From a virus, in the IMG/VR virus record IMGVR_UViG_3300025669_000020, positions 1 to 64,000 of that record: a stretch of DNA of 64,000 nucleotides; one strand, written 5' to 3'. The notes below the pieces were generated by a model. It had not been told where the DNA came from and did not search any database. It saw only the letters and a program-made list of their open reading frames with translations. Below are positions 45,835 through 55,823 of this stretch, piece after piece; position 1 is the stretch's first letter, and every line of letters starts with the position of its first letter. The translations under genes and the position numbers were made by a program.

Positions 45835-46338
45835 ATGGAAATGTGGAAGGCCAGCAAGGAAGTCGTGGATCGTGTTCAGGAGATGATCCGGGAATACCAC
45901 CCTGACCTGGTGATCGTCATGGACGAGATCGCCATCGTGTTCAAGGAGAAGGCTGCCAAGCGTGGTGGCAAGGTCATCCTGGGCAAGGCCAGCAAGGCGA
46001 ACCCTTTGTTCTCCAGTGGTGTCCTCTCGGAGCAGCCCTGGAAGTTCATCATCGAGCTGCCCGCCGATGAGTGGGAGACCCTGGGCAACCGGAAGCAGTC
46101 GGCCCTCCTGGACCGTCATCTGTGCGCGTGCCGCACCGAAGAGAACGCCGAAACGGGCGAGCTGAAGTGCAGCATCGCGCCTCCCGACGTGGCCTACTAC
46201 TGGGATGAGCTGGATCGCTGGGGCGACTGGCACCCCCGTGAGGAAGGCGACGAGGACAAGCCCAACATCATCAACGTGCTCTCGGGAGCCACCGATGGTG
46301 CAGCTGCCGTGGTCGTTGCTGAAGAGGCAGAGGAGTAG
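45835..46338 (+). CDS. phage metallopeptidase-like protein, degenerate active site
   Basis: VILGKA, FIIEL..DEW..L...Q.ALLDRHLCAC, PPDV..Y.DE..RWG; HELxH replaced by RHLCA. Confidence 0.65.
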   Translation: MEMWKASKEVVDRVQEMIREYHPDLVIVMDEIAIVFKEKAAKRGGKVILGKASKANPLFSSGVLSEQPWKFIIELPADEWETLGNRKQSALLDRHLCACRTEENAETGELKCSIAPPDVAYYWDELDRWGDWHPREEGDEDKPNIINVLSGATDGAAAVVVAEEAEE

Positions 46339-46583
46339 ACGATGCCCGCCGCTGTCAAGCCCGGCTGGAAGCTGCCTCCGCCCCCTGTGGCGGGGCACTG
46401 CCCTCCTACTATTTCGATAATGGGGACTGTCAGCTCTGGTGGGTGATCCCTACTGTGGATGCCTACGATCTTGTCCAGCAGGATGGGGAGATCGAGTGGC
46501 CTTTCACGGATGACTATGCACACAAGTGCGATCTTGACCCGCTCGGGTTCTACGATCTGGAAGACCTCCCCGAGGTTGTGTGA

Positions 46584-46829
46584 ATGATGCTCCCCACGAC
46601 TGCCGCGCAACTTCTACGAGAACAAGCCCGGCTGAGTGCGGCGGAGACGAAACAACGTGCTGAGGGAAAGGCCAAGAAGTGTCTTTTCCTCGCACAGTTG
46701 CTCCTTCCTCATGTCGAACTCCCTCTGGTCGAAGACCAGGCAGTGGATTTGATGGATGTCCCCGATGATGTGATGGAGAGGACCCTTCACAGAATAGCCG
46801 CTCAAAGGTGCGTTATAGAGGAAACATAG
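46584..46829 (+). CDS. hypothetical protein
   Basis: Stop abuts the dnaX start. Confidence 0.5.
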   Translation: MMLPTTAAQLLREQARLSAAETKQRAEGKAKKCLFLAQLLLPHVELPLVEDQAVDLMDVPDDVMERTLHRIAAQRCVIEET

Positions 46830-48305
46830 ATGGCATTGGATACTAAATATCGCCCCCTGACGTTCTCCGAGGTTGTGGGGCAAGAGTCCCACGTCCGAGT
46901 GCTGAGGCAGATTGTCCTCCAGGGGACAGGGTTTCATCAGAGCTATGTGTTCTGTGGTGGACATGGGTCAGGCAAGACCACGTTGGGTCGTATCCTAGCC
47001 CGTGCCCTTCTGTGTGAGAGCCCCGTAGAGGGCAACCCCTGTGACGAGTGTGCCTCTTGCCTGGAGATCCTGGAGACGGGTTCCAGTGAGTGCTTCACCG
47101 AGTTCGATGCCGCAACGAACTCCGGTAAGGACGACATCAAGCAGTTGGTGGAGGCCGTCCAGTACGACACCCTCTCGGGCAAACAGCGGCTGTACCTCAT
47201 TGATGAGTCTCACCGGCTCTCCAAGCAGGCATTGGATGCCCTCCTCAAGCCCATGGAGGACACGGTTGCAAAGAGTGGGAACAAGAGGCTGGTCTGCATC
47301 TTCTGCACCACCGAGCCTGAGAGGATGGTCGGCACCATTTTCTCCCGTTGTGCCCCTGCCTTCGTGATCCGTAATGTTGACCCGCAGAGCATTGCGAAGC
47401 GGTTGGAGTACATCTGTGAGCATGAGGGGATCACCTATGATCCTGCTTCTTTGGTGCTCATCGCGGAGATCACGGAGTCCCATATCCGCGATGCCATCAA
47501 GACCATGGCGGGTGTGGCAACGCTGGGGTCGGTGAATGTCGAAAACACCAAGGTGTACCTGAGACTGGATACCCATGGGACATATCTCCAGATCCTGGCT
47601 GCCATCGGCAAAGACCTGCCCCAAGTTCTTAGGTTGGCAGACACCTTGAGTGAGGCAGTGTCTCCCTCCACCTGTTACAAAAAGCTGGCCGAGTTTTCTA
47701 TGCTGGCCTACAAGGTTTCATTGGGTGCGGTGGCACCCCCGACGTACATCAAGGCTGAGCATCTGAAGAAGATTGGGCAGTACCATGGTGAGAAGCTCCT
47801 GTGGTTCTGCAAGGTGTTCTCTTCCAAGATGGGGCACCCTACTCCGTATGTGCTGGCCTGTGATCTGGCCATGCTCCACCACCAGCGGTGCGGCTCTTGG
47901 GCATCGGCTACAGCGGTGCAATTGCCAACGGCGGGAAGTCGTGCCAAAGTGACTACAAGCACGATCCCCTCTACTACTGAAGAGAATTCTGGGACGGAAC
48001 CCGATCCGGTCGAAGAATCCACTGCAGTTTTGGAAAATTCCGGTAAGGTAGAGGAACCAGTTTTCCCTAACCCTACTGGGAGTTCTGCCCGCACCACCAA
48101 GGGTGGTGTTTTTCTGGAGCAGAAAGCCGTTAAGAGGAAGAATGCCCCTGAAACAACCCCGGAAGGTTCTTTGCCTCCTTTGGGCGTTCCCGTTTTTCGG
48201 GATCTCCTGCAACGTCGTGTGAACGAGCTTCGTAAGAATGCCCAGCAATACAGATCAGCGGGACGAACAGACATGGGTGGTCCTGGAACTGACCCGAACG
48301 GGTGA
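46830..48305 (+). CDS. dnaX: DNA polymerase III gamma/tau clamp-loader ATPase
   Basis: LDTKYRPLTFSEVVGQ, GGHGSGKTT, CDECASC, EFDAATNSG, IDESH, DALLKPME, TIFSRC, IRDA. Confidence 0.93.
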   Translation: MALDTKYRPLTFSEVVGQESHVRVLRQIVLQGTGFHQSYVFCGGHGSGKTTLGRILARALLCESPVEGNPCDECASCLEILETGSSECFTEFDAATNSGKDDIKQLVEAVQYDTLSGKQRLYLIDESHRLSKQALDALLKPMEDTVAKSGNKRLVCIFCTTEPERMVGTIFSRCAPAFVIRNVDPQSIAKRLEYICEHEGITYDPASLVLIAEITESHIRDAIKTMAGVATLGSVNVENTKVYLRLDTHGTYLQILAAIGKDLPQVLRLADTLSEAVSPSTCYKKLAEFSMLAYKVSLGAVAPPTYIKAEHLKKIGQYHGEKLLWFCKVFSSKMGHPTPYVLACDLAMLHHQRCGSWASATAVQLPTAGSRAKVTTSTIPSTTEENSGTEPDPVEESTAVLENSGKVEEPVFPNPTGSSARTTKGGVFLEQKAVKRKNAPETTPEGSLPPLGVPVFRDLLQRRVNELRKNAQQYRSAGRTDMGGPGTDPNG

Positions 48306-48789
48306 GGCTCGTGTAGAAGAGGGGGACCTGGGCGGGGTCTTGCAGGATGCACTCAAGGTGGGGAAGAACCACCCTGTTTTCATTCCTGCAATGGTCTATG
48401 CACGGGGGAACCGTAGAGTGGTCATTCACTTGATGGAGGGGTACGCATTTATAGCCAGTGGCCTCCCAGATGTGGAGTATTTCAAGCTGGAGCATCATTG
48501 CCCCCATGTGCGGCAAGTCCTCACTGTAGAAGACCCTCACAAGATGCGTGTCCTCAGTGTGGTTCCCAACTCCAGCATTCAGGATATGCGACGCAGCCTG
48601 CACGAGCAGATCGCGTCCGACATCAAGAGGGGGATGCACGTGAACATCACAGAGGGGCTCTACTCAGCTCTGGACGGCGAGGTTTTGGAGGTGGGCGAGC
48701 AAAACGCCCATGTCCGTATCACCCTTCGATCCTTGGATTTGATAGTGCGGATCCCAAGGGTGTTCTTGTCTCCGGAGGATCCAGAATGA
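48238..48789 (+). CDS. NusG-family antitermination factor
   Basis: NGN-like WVVL..VFIPA..LMEGYAFI and KOW GMHVNITEGLYSALDGEV. Confidence 0.8.
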   Translation: MPSNTDQRDEQTWVVLELTRTGEARVEEGDLGGVLQDALKVGKNHPVFIPAMVYARGNRRVVIHLMEGYAFIASGLPDVEYFKLEHHCPHVRQVLTVEDPHKMRVLSVVPNSSIQDMRRSLHEQIASDIKRGMHVNITEGLYSALDGEVLEVGEQNAHVRITLRSLDLIVRIPRVFLSPEDPE

Positions 48790-49400
48790 GTCGTAATTGG
48801 TGGTCAGGCCACAAAGTTATCGATCCCGCCGAAATGGAGGCACGCTTTGCCAACGAAGACGGGATGGCTTTTCTGGATGCCGTGGTCAATGAGGAGTTGT
48901 CCAAAGAAGGCCAGGAGATGCTGGATAGGGTGAAGGGTGTCCTGGACTCCCTCCCCGCACGAGAAGCAGACTTCATTGACCTCTACTACTTCAAGCGTCT
49001 CAAACAGACAGACATCGCTACCATCTTCAAGGTATCCCAACCCACTGTCTGCTACAGGCTCCAACGAGCAGCCCACCGCATCCGCTTCCTGTTGTCGCTC
49101 CCAGAGATTGAAGAGCAAGCCCTGGTCGATGCTGTGCAGGAAAACCTGGAAGACCCCCTGGACTCGAACATCATGGTGCTCATGTACCACACCACCTGCC
49201 AGTCCGAGGTGGCAAAACGACTCGGTGTCAGCCAGGGCCTGGTACGCCACCGCTTCATTCGTTCTATCGGGAGGCTCTCCAAGATCGAGGGCTTGGAGGA
49301 CTATGTGGAGCTGTTCCAAGCCATCTCCACCAACCTGAACATCCTCCGCGAAGTTCAGCGCCCCACCTGGGGTGCCCAGGTCACGCATATCCTGGGGTAG
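48786..49400 (+). CDS. protein with two tandem sigma70 region-4 HTH domains
   Basis: LPAREADFIDLYYF..LKQTDIATIFKVSQPTV and CQSEVAKRLGVSQGLV; no region 2. Confidence 0.75.
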   Translation: MSRNWWSGHKVIDPAEMEARFANEDGMAFLDAVVNEELSKEGQEMLDRVKGVLDSLPAREADFIDLYYFKRLKQTDIATIFKVSQPTVCYRLQRAAHRIRFLLSLPEIEEQALVDAVQENLEDPLDSNIMVLMYHTTCQSEVAKRLGVSQGLVRHRFIRSIGRLSKIEGLEDYVELFQAISTNLNILREVQRPTWGAQVTHILG

Positions 49401-49401
49401 T

Positions 49402-49416
49402 CGGTTATCCTTCTAT
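49402..49416 (+). promoter_or_regulatory. class B motif CGGT-N7-CTAT heading structural gene block
   Basis: Immediately after the regulator stop codon and upstream of virion-type genes. Confidence 0.6.
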
Positions 49417-49446
49417 GTCCTCGCAGGGGTAGTACCTTGTGAGGAA

Positions 49447-49767
49447 ATGATGTCTGAACAGAACCTAGCACCAGAGAGCAGAATCGTGATGGCCAAGGAT
49501 TTGGCCACGCGATGGTTGCAAGCCCGAACACGCCCTGAGTACCGCATGCAGGTGTACTACGGGGCGCGTGAGGTGAAGGGCATCCCCAACCTTCTGAAGA
49601 GCTTCCGCGATGGGAAGATTCGCATGGGGTCTGTGGAACCCCTGGGAGATCTCGGAATCGATGAGCACTTCGACTCGATCACCGTGTGGTCGTCCAACCG
49701 TGTAGCCCTGATGGGCCTCAAGGACTGGTTCGAGACACGGGGGTTCGAGACAACAGGGGTGTGGTAG
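49447..49767 (+). CDS. hypothetical (putative virion) protein
   Basis: GAGGA RBS; DLATRWL tag. Confidence 0.65.
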   Translation: MMSEQNLAPESRIVMAKDLATRWLQARTRPEYRMQVYYGAREVKGIPNLLKSFRDGKIRMGSVEPLGDLGIDEHFDSITVWSSNRVALMGLKDWFETRGFETTGVW

Positions 49768-50199
49768 ATGGCAGCCACCAGGCTCGGACTCGAATCCACC
49801 TACCGTTCCCCCTCCACGGGGTCGGTCTACTACACCTTCATTATCACCTCCGACGTGTCGGGGAACGTGTCGGTACGGGACATCCAAGGCCCCTATGGGC
49901 TCATTGTGGACACCCTGACCGATGTTCCCTCCTCCGTCATTGCGGACATCACAACCGCTATCAACGCAGTGGAGGCCATTTTGGCTGGCATCTCTTCCAC
50001 CAGTGGCAGCGTGACGTTCGCAGCCGAGACTTCCCAGGCAGTGGTGTTCAGCACCGCTCTGGCTGACGCCACCTACCGCGTCTACACCAATACGGCGGAG
50101 TTCGTGCCTGTGAAGATCACGAGCAAGGCTACCACTGGGTTCACCATCGAAATCGGTGTGACCTTCACCGGAACCGTCTACTACGACGTGCTCGTGTAG
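49768..50199 (+). CDS. putative virion protein, Thr/Ser/Val-rich beta domain
   Basis: C-terminal V.F.....DA.Y.V....ITSKATTGFTI module, also present at the end of the next gene. Confidence 0.65.
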   Translation: MAATRLGLESTYRSPSTGSVYYTFIITSDVSGNVSVRDIQGPYGLIVDTLTDVPSSVIADITTAINAVEAILAGISSTSGSVTFAAETSQAVVFSTALADATYRVYTNTAEFVPVKITSKATTGFTIEIGVTFTGTVYYDVLV

Positions 50200-50209
50200 A
50201 GAGGGCCTG

Positions 50210-51412
50210 ATGGCACAAACCCCATTCCAAGTAGATGCACTCCAGATCGAGCCGGGCTCTGGTGATACCCTGACAATCAGTCGGGATGCCACTGCAGGAG
50301 CGATGAAGCTCCTCGATGCGGTCCTCACCTCGGGGATCCTACTCCCCGATCTTTCGGGACTGCGGAACATCACGGGTGTTCATATCGTCGGTTCAGCTGG
50401 GACAGGAGCCAAGTACACCGCAATCCAAGACGGTGTCGACGCCGTGGCTGTTACGGCGGACGTGGATGCCCCTGAGCTGGTCCTGGTCCTCACCGGGGTC
50501 TACACCGAGAACCTGCTCATCCAGAAGGATGGGGTCGTCATCATGGGCCAGGGCCTGGTCCGGGTCACCCCCGACAACACCGCCAGTCCTACTGTGACCA
50601 TCTCGACAGCGGTCGGCACGACACCGAACTACACGATGTTGAAGAACCTCACCGTGGAGCATCCCACCGCCGGCGAGGTTTGTGTCTCTATCGCGGGGGG
50701 AGCCGCCTCCGTTGTGGGCTCCACAGGCATCTACATCGATGGCTGCAACATCGTGGCCTCAGGGGTAGGCACCTATCAGGTGGATGCAGACACCGTGAAC
50801 AACGTCTACATCCGGGGTGGCACCTGGGCAGGTTCCAGTTCCAGTGCTGTCTGTCAGGCTGCCAACTGTGCCCTCTTCTATGTGTCCAACGTGGAAGAGA
50901 CACAGAACTTCCAGGTCAGCTACGACACCGCTGCTGCCCGCCCGCTGACCACCACGTCGGCTTACCGGCTGTGGAACCTGGGGTCTGCAACAGACCTCCT
51001 CTCCAGCCTCTCCGGTGCAGGTAGCCTGACCATCAGTGGCTGCCCCTCCATGGGGAATGTGGCCCAGGCAGGGGACAGAGCCCTGACCCTCAACTACAGC
51101 CGCGTTGGAACCCTCACCCTGGACGACACTACCGCAGGAACCTTGTTGGGTTCGACACGGGGTGTGGCTGCTGGAAACGGCACCCTCCAAGAGGACTCCC
51201 TGACCAGCACCTCGGTGTTTGCGGCAGAGGGGGTGGCAGGCAAGACCATCACCTTCGCAGTGGATCAGCCTGACACGGACTACGCTGTGTTCCTGGACTG
51301 GACGGGCACAGAATCCGTGCGTGTGTCCAGCAAGACAGCTGCCAACTTCGTCATCACCACATCTGGCAACATCACCGGGTCGTTGTTCTACACCGTCAAC
51401 CGGGAGATCTGA
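50210..51412 (+). CDS. tail-fibre/spike-like protein with pectin-lyase-like beta-helix
   Basis: AKYTAIQDGVDA..VLVLTGVYTENL beta-helix cap motif; G/S/T/A-rich. Confidence 0.65.
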   Translation: MAQTPFQVDALQIEPGSGDTLTISRDATAGAMKLLDAVLTSGILLPDLSGLRNITGVHIVGSAGTGAKYTAIQDGVDAVAVTADVDAPELVLVLTGVYTENLLIQKDGVVIMGQGLVRVTPDNTASPTVTISTAVGTTPNYTMLKNLTVEHPTAGEVCVSIAGGAASVVGSTGIYIDGCNIVASGVGTYQVDADTVNNVYIRGGTWAGSSSSAVCQAANCALFYVSNVEETQNFQVSYDTAAARPLTTTSAYRLWNLGSATDLLSSLSGAGSLTISGCPSMGNVAQAGDRALTLNYSRVGTLTLDDTTAGTLLGSTRGVAAGNGTLQEDSLTSTSVFAAEGVAGKTITFAVDQPDTDYAVFLDWTGTESVRVSSKTAANFVITTSGNITGSLFYTVNREI

Positions 51413-51414
51413 TC

Positions 51415-51705
51415 ATGAGCCTTCGCAAGAACCTCATTCGCCTCGCACACACCAACCCTGAGTTGCGCCCCCAGCTGCTCCCCATTCTGAAGGGCTCCGC
51501 CTATGATGGGAACGCTGACGGCAAGCCTATCTATGACCACGATATCGATCATGGGTACGGGCAGCCTTTGGCTGGTGGCACCGACGTGATGCGTCGTCTG
51601 CAGAACCAGTACCGGAAGGAGCAGGGTCGCCCCGAGCGCCCTGCAAACCCCGAAATCCCCAAGATGGCTTCCCGTGTTGCTCTGCGGCATCTCGACAGGA
51701 AGTAG
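51415..51705 (+). CDS. small putative virion protein
   Basis: LRKNLIRLAHTNPELRPQLLPIL N-terminus; C-terminal MASRVALRHL tag. Confidence 0.65.
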   Translation: MSLRKNLIRLAHTNPELRPQLLPILKGSAYDGNADGKPIYDHDIDHGYGQPLAGGTDVMRRLQNQYRKEQGRPERPANPEIPKMASRVALRHLDRK

Positions 51706-51714
51706 GAGAACACC

Positions 51715-52296
51715 ATGTCCAACAACGATGAATTCTGGGACGGTCTGATTATGGCTAGTTCCGATGTGGGGATTGGGGATGTGCACCTCCCCAATCTCAG
51801 TGAGACCACCATGAAGGGGAAGGAGATGGGGAAGGGGTTCTTCGAATCCGTCCAGAGCCTAACTCAGGCGGGAGCCGCTAAGAACGCACTCCAGCTGCCC
51901 ATCGCAGCTGGTAGTCGTGTGCGGTTCAAGGCCAACACGGGTTCCCTGTTGACCTACGAGAACCCCCCCGAGCCGAACGCCGAGGGTGATGTGGTGACTG
52001 TGCGTTCTGCCTCTGGCAACATCACTTCCCATGACGGGTTGGTGTTTGTCCAGTGGAAGGACAGGTTCATGCCTATTCACGCGGAGCACCTGGAGAAGGT
52101 GGCCAACCAGATGCGGCAGGGTAGCCCCCACCGTGTCCGCGTCGCCTGTCTCGGGGACCTCCAGGACTTCCTGAAGGTCAGCCAGGACACCCTGGTGCAC
52201 AAGGCCACCAAGGATCTGTGGTCGCTCCGTGCAGACGGAGAAGGCTTCGTTATCGAGCGGCTCTTCGACACGGAAGGGAACGCTCTACAGGTGTGA
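51715..52296 (+). CDS. hypothetical protein (SH3-like middle)
   Basis: AGGAG RBS; LVHKATKDLW..IERLFD C-terminal module. Confidence 0.65.
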   Translation: MSNNDEFWDGLIMASSDVGIGDVHLPNLSETTMKGKEMGKGFFESVQSLTQAGAAKNALQLPIAAGSRVRFKANTGSLLTYENPPEPNAEGDVVTVRSASGNITSHDGLVFVQWKDRFMPIHAEHLEKVANQMRQGSPHRVRVACLGDLQDFLKVSQDTLVHKATKDLWSLRADGEGFVIERLFDTEGNALQV

Positions 52297-52362
52297 GACA
52301 CACGGACTGTGCGCGTCATTTATATGGCTATAGGCTGGCCTGGGTAGAACAGGGAGTCGCCC

Positions 52363-52974
52363 ATGGTTGAGAAGCCCCTTGCAGCCCGTGTTGCTTCCAG
52401 GCACCTGGAAGGACACCACAATCCGCAGACGCGGACGGCGGGTGAAGTACGCTTCATCAAGGACCGTGGTTCTGATCACAACGAGTGGGGCTGGGGAACT
52501 CCGGGCCCTTCGGAACGTGAGATCAACCATGAGTTTGTCTTCAACGCCAAGTACCTGAAGCCCCTCGCTCAGTCCCTCCGCGCTGCCCTCATGGCTCTTG
52601 GCCACACCACCAGTGCCCACACCCAGTTCGTGAAGCTCAAGAGCCGCAACGTGTCCCCTGATGGGAACCTGGGTGGCAAGGGCTACATCCAGAAGATTGC
52701 TGACATGCGCCGCCAGTTGATGAACTGCATCGAGGCGTTGTCCTCTTTCACGGATACCGTGTACGATGAGCTGGCTGCCCCTCACTGGGATCCCGCCGAA
52801 GATGTGCTCTCTCCCCGTGATCGTGATGAGGTCAAGGAAATCATCGATGATGCCGAGGAGATCAAGCTGGATCCCAAGGAATGGGCAGAGGATGAAGAGG
52901 CGGAGATGGACAGTGCCAAGGGGAACGGCGTCGGCAAAGTCGCAGCCCTCTACATGGCTCGGAGGAACGCATGA
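52363..52974 (+). CDS. putative virion protein
   Basis: GGGAG RBS; ARVASRHL and KVAALYM tags. Confidence 0.7.
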   Translation: MVEKPLAARVASRHLEGHHNPQTRTAGEVRFIKDRGSDHNEWGWGTPGPSEREINHEFVFNAKYLKPLAQSLRAALMALGHTTSAHTQFVKLKSRNVSPDGNLGGKGYIQKIADMRRQLMNCIEALSSFTDTVYDELAAPHWDPAEDVLSPRDRDEVKEIIDDAEEIKLDPKEWAEDEEAEMDSAKGNGVGKVAALYMARRNA

Positions 52975-55751
52975 GCAATGACAAGCACCTCGATGTGCTG
53001 GGCGAATCCCATCTCCCGGATGACATCTGGACCCCTACAGAGGGTGAGAACTATGGGCTCGATGGATACCCTGACATGGACTACGGTTCAGGGGTACTCC
53101 ACGGGAATCCCAACGTCTCCGAGACAGTCCCCCGTATGGACGAGGGTGTTCTTGCAGACATCGTAGACGGTGCTCCTGATGGGCAGGTGTTTGGCCCCTT
53201 GGGTGACATCGCGGATATGATGAAGCAATCCTCTCTCCCAGACCTGACTTGGCTGGAAGTAGATGAGCAGGATGCCACCAGGCTCCCCGTCAATCCCGTT
53301 GACCAGAGCATCCCCGAGCTGGAAGAGGCTTGGGGTGTAGACCGCCGTTCTGATGGTGTCCACCTGATCCCCAATGTGGATCTGGAGAAGGCAGCCTATG
53401 AAAAGGCTCTCAAGGATGGCGATGTACGCCCTGTCCGCACCAGAGCCGCACTCCTGAACATTGTGCGGAAGGCCATGCGACGCTCCGCCGCCGGCGTCCC
53501 CTTCGAGGACATCGAGGCAGAGGTTCAGGAGACCCTGGGAGACGATCTCCCCCTGGTGCAGAAGCACCTCCAGCTCATCCGTGATGGGCATGACCTCTCA
53601 GGGCGTGTCTTCATCCATGCAGACGCCTACCCGGGTTGTGCCAATGGGGACTGGACAGAGGCAGTCAAGAAGGTGGCTTCGGGCTCCCGCTATGTGGTAG
53701 CCGGTTCCTCCTGTGCCAACTGCGTTCAGAACCTCAGTGGTTCCTGCTCTGTGTTCAAGAAGAAGCTCGTAGCTTCTGTCCCCTGGGACGATGCCTTGGA
53801 GCATTACAGTCCTGAGCTGGAAGCAGCAGGCCGCAAGGTCGCTTCCGGCAACCCCAAGGCAGCCTTGAGGGCAGCCTTCGCCCAGGCCCCCGAGGGCATG
53901 GGATTCATCCAGAGGCACAAGCCTGTACACGTCACCCCCTCCGAGCGTATCTCCGCAGAGGAGGCTCACCGTGAGGTGCAGGCTGCCAAGACTGAGCGCC
54001 GGGTCTACACCCCCGCTGACAAGCAAGAAGCTCGGAAACTCCATGCTGCCCGTATCCGGGTAGCTCGCTGGGTTCAGCAGGGCCTCTTGGACAAGACGGC
54101 AGCTACCCGGATCGTGGCCCAGGCCAACCCCAAGGTCATGCTGGAGCAGGCAGTTTCCCGCATGGTGGCTTCCAACGGTTCCGCTGCGTACTCGGGCCTG
54201 GTGAATGACACCCGTGCTCCTGACATGGCGGGAGACGAGGCGTGGGAGCGTCTTGGTTCCGTGGCACCTCTCCCAGCGGTCAAGCTGTCCCGTGCTCAGG
54301 TGCACAAGCAGATCGCAAGGTGGGCTCGCACTGGACTCCTGGACAAGGGCTCTGTGCAGAAGCTGGCCCGCTCCCTGGCAGAACCCCGTGATGTCCTGCG
54401 GACAGCGGCGATCCTGGCCTCCGCAACTACCACAGGTGAATACTCGGGTGCGGTCAACAACATGCACGGCACCGAGGTCTCACAGGACCATGCGTGGAAG
54501 CTTCTCCGTGAAGCAGAGGACCATGCAGCCAAGGCAACAGCAGCCATCGTGGCTGAAGTTGAGCGCCGCGAGTTCCAGGCGTCCCGCGCTGGGAAGCACA
54601 TGGCCCGTGTGCAGGTGAAGGTGGCGAAGATCGAGGAAGCCATCAACCGTGGTGTGGTGGGAAGAAATCTCCTGAATCTCATTCAGGAGACCATCCGTCC
54701 CGACGATCACGACATGGCAATCCCTCTCCTGGATCCCATCCTTCAGCGGACTGGTGCTCTGGAGAAGGAGATCCAGACCGTCCATGACTACTCCGGTGTG
54801 GATAACAAGCGGGCATCCGAGGATGTCACCTCCGCGGATGCCTGGAAGCATTTGTTCACGACTGCCGATGTGGCTCAGCAGAAGGCAGCCAGGATTCAGG
54901 AGTCCCGTACCGCGAGGGTTTCTCTCACCATCGAACGCAAGGTCGTCCAGGTCAAGGAGGCTATCGAGCGTGGTGCAAGAGGGCAGGCCCTCCGTAAGAT
55001 CATCGCCCGCACCTTCCTGAAGGATGAGATTCCCCAGGCAGCCACTTTGCTGAACCCTCTCCTTGAGAAGACGGGGGCTCTGTCGGAGTCCTCTACTCAG
55101 GAATACCAGGGTGCCAAGTTCGAGCGGGCTGTGGGTCGTAAGGCCGAAGCTGTCCCACTCCCGAAGGAAGTGCGCGGTGTGCTTCGCTGGGCCCGGCAGA
55201 AGATGTCGGAAGGCAACGTCGGAAACCAGCTGGATGAGCTGTTGTCGATGCGGTTCTCTCCCCGTGTGCTCACAGCCGCGCAGGGAGCCCTCCAGGATGC
55301 CCGTGGGCGTCACGAAGGGCTCGCAGGCATACTCTATGTGGATGCGTCCGCCTATGCCTCAGAGAGGGGCACAAAGGGTTGTGAGCACGGTGCCGTCAAG
55401 CACCGCGCCAATACCCTGAAGGCTGTTCTGCAGATGGACAGGTGTGCTTCCTGCTCCCTGCGGAATGTAGGCTCCGATGGCACACCCCGTTGCCAGACCT
55501 ACAAGAAGGCTCTGATCTCCGAGCTTACACCAGAGGAAGCCTCGGGTCTCCAGGCGGAGAACATCCGCATGGCCAATGCCCCTGACCAGGAAGTCACAGC
55601 CTCTCTGTTCACTCCCATGGGCAACCTGTTCAACCAGGCGGAGTTCAGCTTGAGCAGCGGTGAGTATGACGACATTTCGGTCGAAGATGCTCCTGACATC
55701 AAGAAGCTGGGTGACGTGCTCTTTGGTGGTTTGCACCTGTCAGAGGACTGA
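52971..55751 (+). CDS. 926-aa protein with nested internal duplications and two Cys-rich domains
   Basis: Repeats YSG..N...AW (x3), RW..GLLDK (x2), EAI.RG..G..L..P.L..TGAL (x2), CxxC..C..KK.L (x2). Confidence 0.7.
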   Translation: MSNDKHLDVLGESHLPDDIWTPTEGENYGLDGYPDMDYGSGVLHGNPNVSETVPRMDEGVLADIVDGAPDGQVFGPLGDIADMMKQSSLPDLTWLEVDEQDATRLPVNPVDQSIPELEEAWGVDRRSDGVHLIPNVDLEKAAYEKALKDGDVRPVRTRAALLNIVRKAMRRSAAGVPFEDIEAEVQETLGDDLPLVQKHLQLIRDGHDLSGRVFIHADAYPGCANGDWTEAVKKVASGSRYVVAGSSCANCVQNLSGSCSVFKKKLVASVPWDDALEHYSPELEAAGRKVASGNPKAALRAAFAQAPEGMGFIQRHKPVHVTPSERISAEEAHREVQAAKTERRVYTPADKQEARKLHAARIRVARWVQQGLLDKTAATRIVAQANPKVMLEQAVSRMVASNGSAAYSGLVNDTRAPDMAGDEAWERLGSVAPLPAVKLSRAQVHKQIARWARTGLLDKGSVQKLARSLAEPRDVLRTAAILASATTTGEYSGAVNNMHGTEVSQDHAWKLLREAEDHAAKATAAIVAEVERREFQASRAGKHMARVQVKVAKIEEAINRGVVGRNLLNLIQETIRPDDHDMAIPLLDPILQRTGALEKEIQTVHDYSGVDNKRASEDVTSADAWKHLFTTADVAQQKAARIQESRTARVSLTIERKVVQVKEAIERGARGQALRKIIARTFLKDEIPQAATLLNPLLEKTGALSESSTQEYQGAKFERAVGRKAEAVPLPKEVRGVLRWARQKMSEGNVGNQLDELLSMRFSPRVLTAAQGALQDARGRHEGLAGILYVDASAYASERGTKGCEHGAVKHRANTLKAVLQMDRCASCSLRNVGSDGTPRCQTYKKALISELTPEEASGLQAENIRMANAPDQEVTASLFTPMGNLFNQAEFSLSSGEYDDISVEDAPDIKKLGDVLFGGLHLSED

Positions 55752-55823
55752 GTTCCCCAAGGGCTCCCAGTTTCCTTTCAAACGCCTTGAAATTACGGGT
55801 AATTGCAGGTTTGTAAGGTTTCG

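Noticed and set aside
52311-52331. Seventh class B motif upstream of 52363
   Set aside because: It reads CATT-N7-CTAT, with two mismatches in the first half-site.
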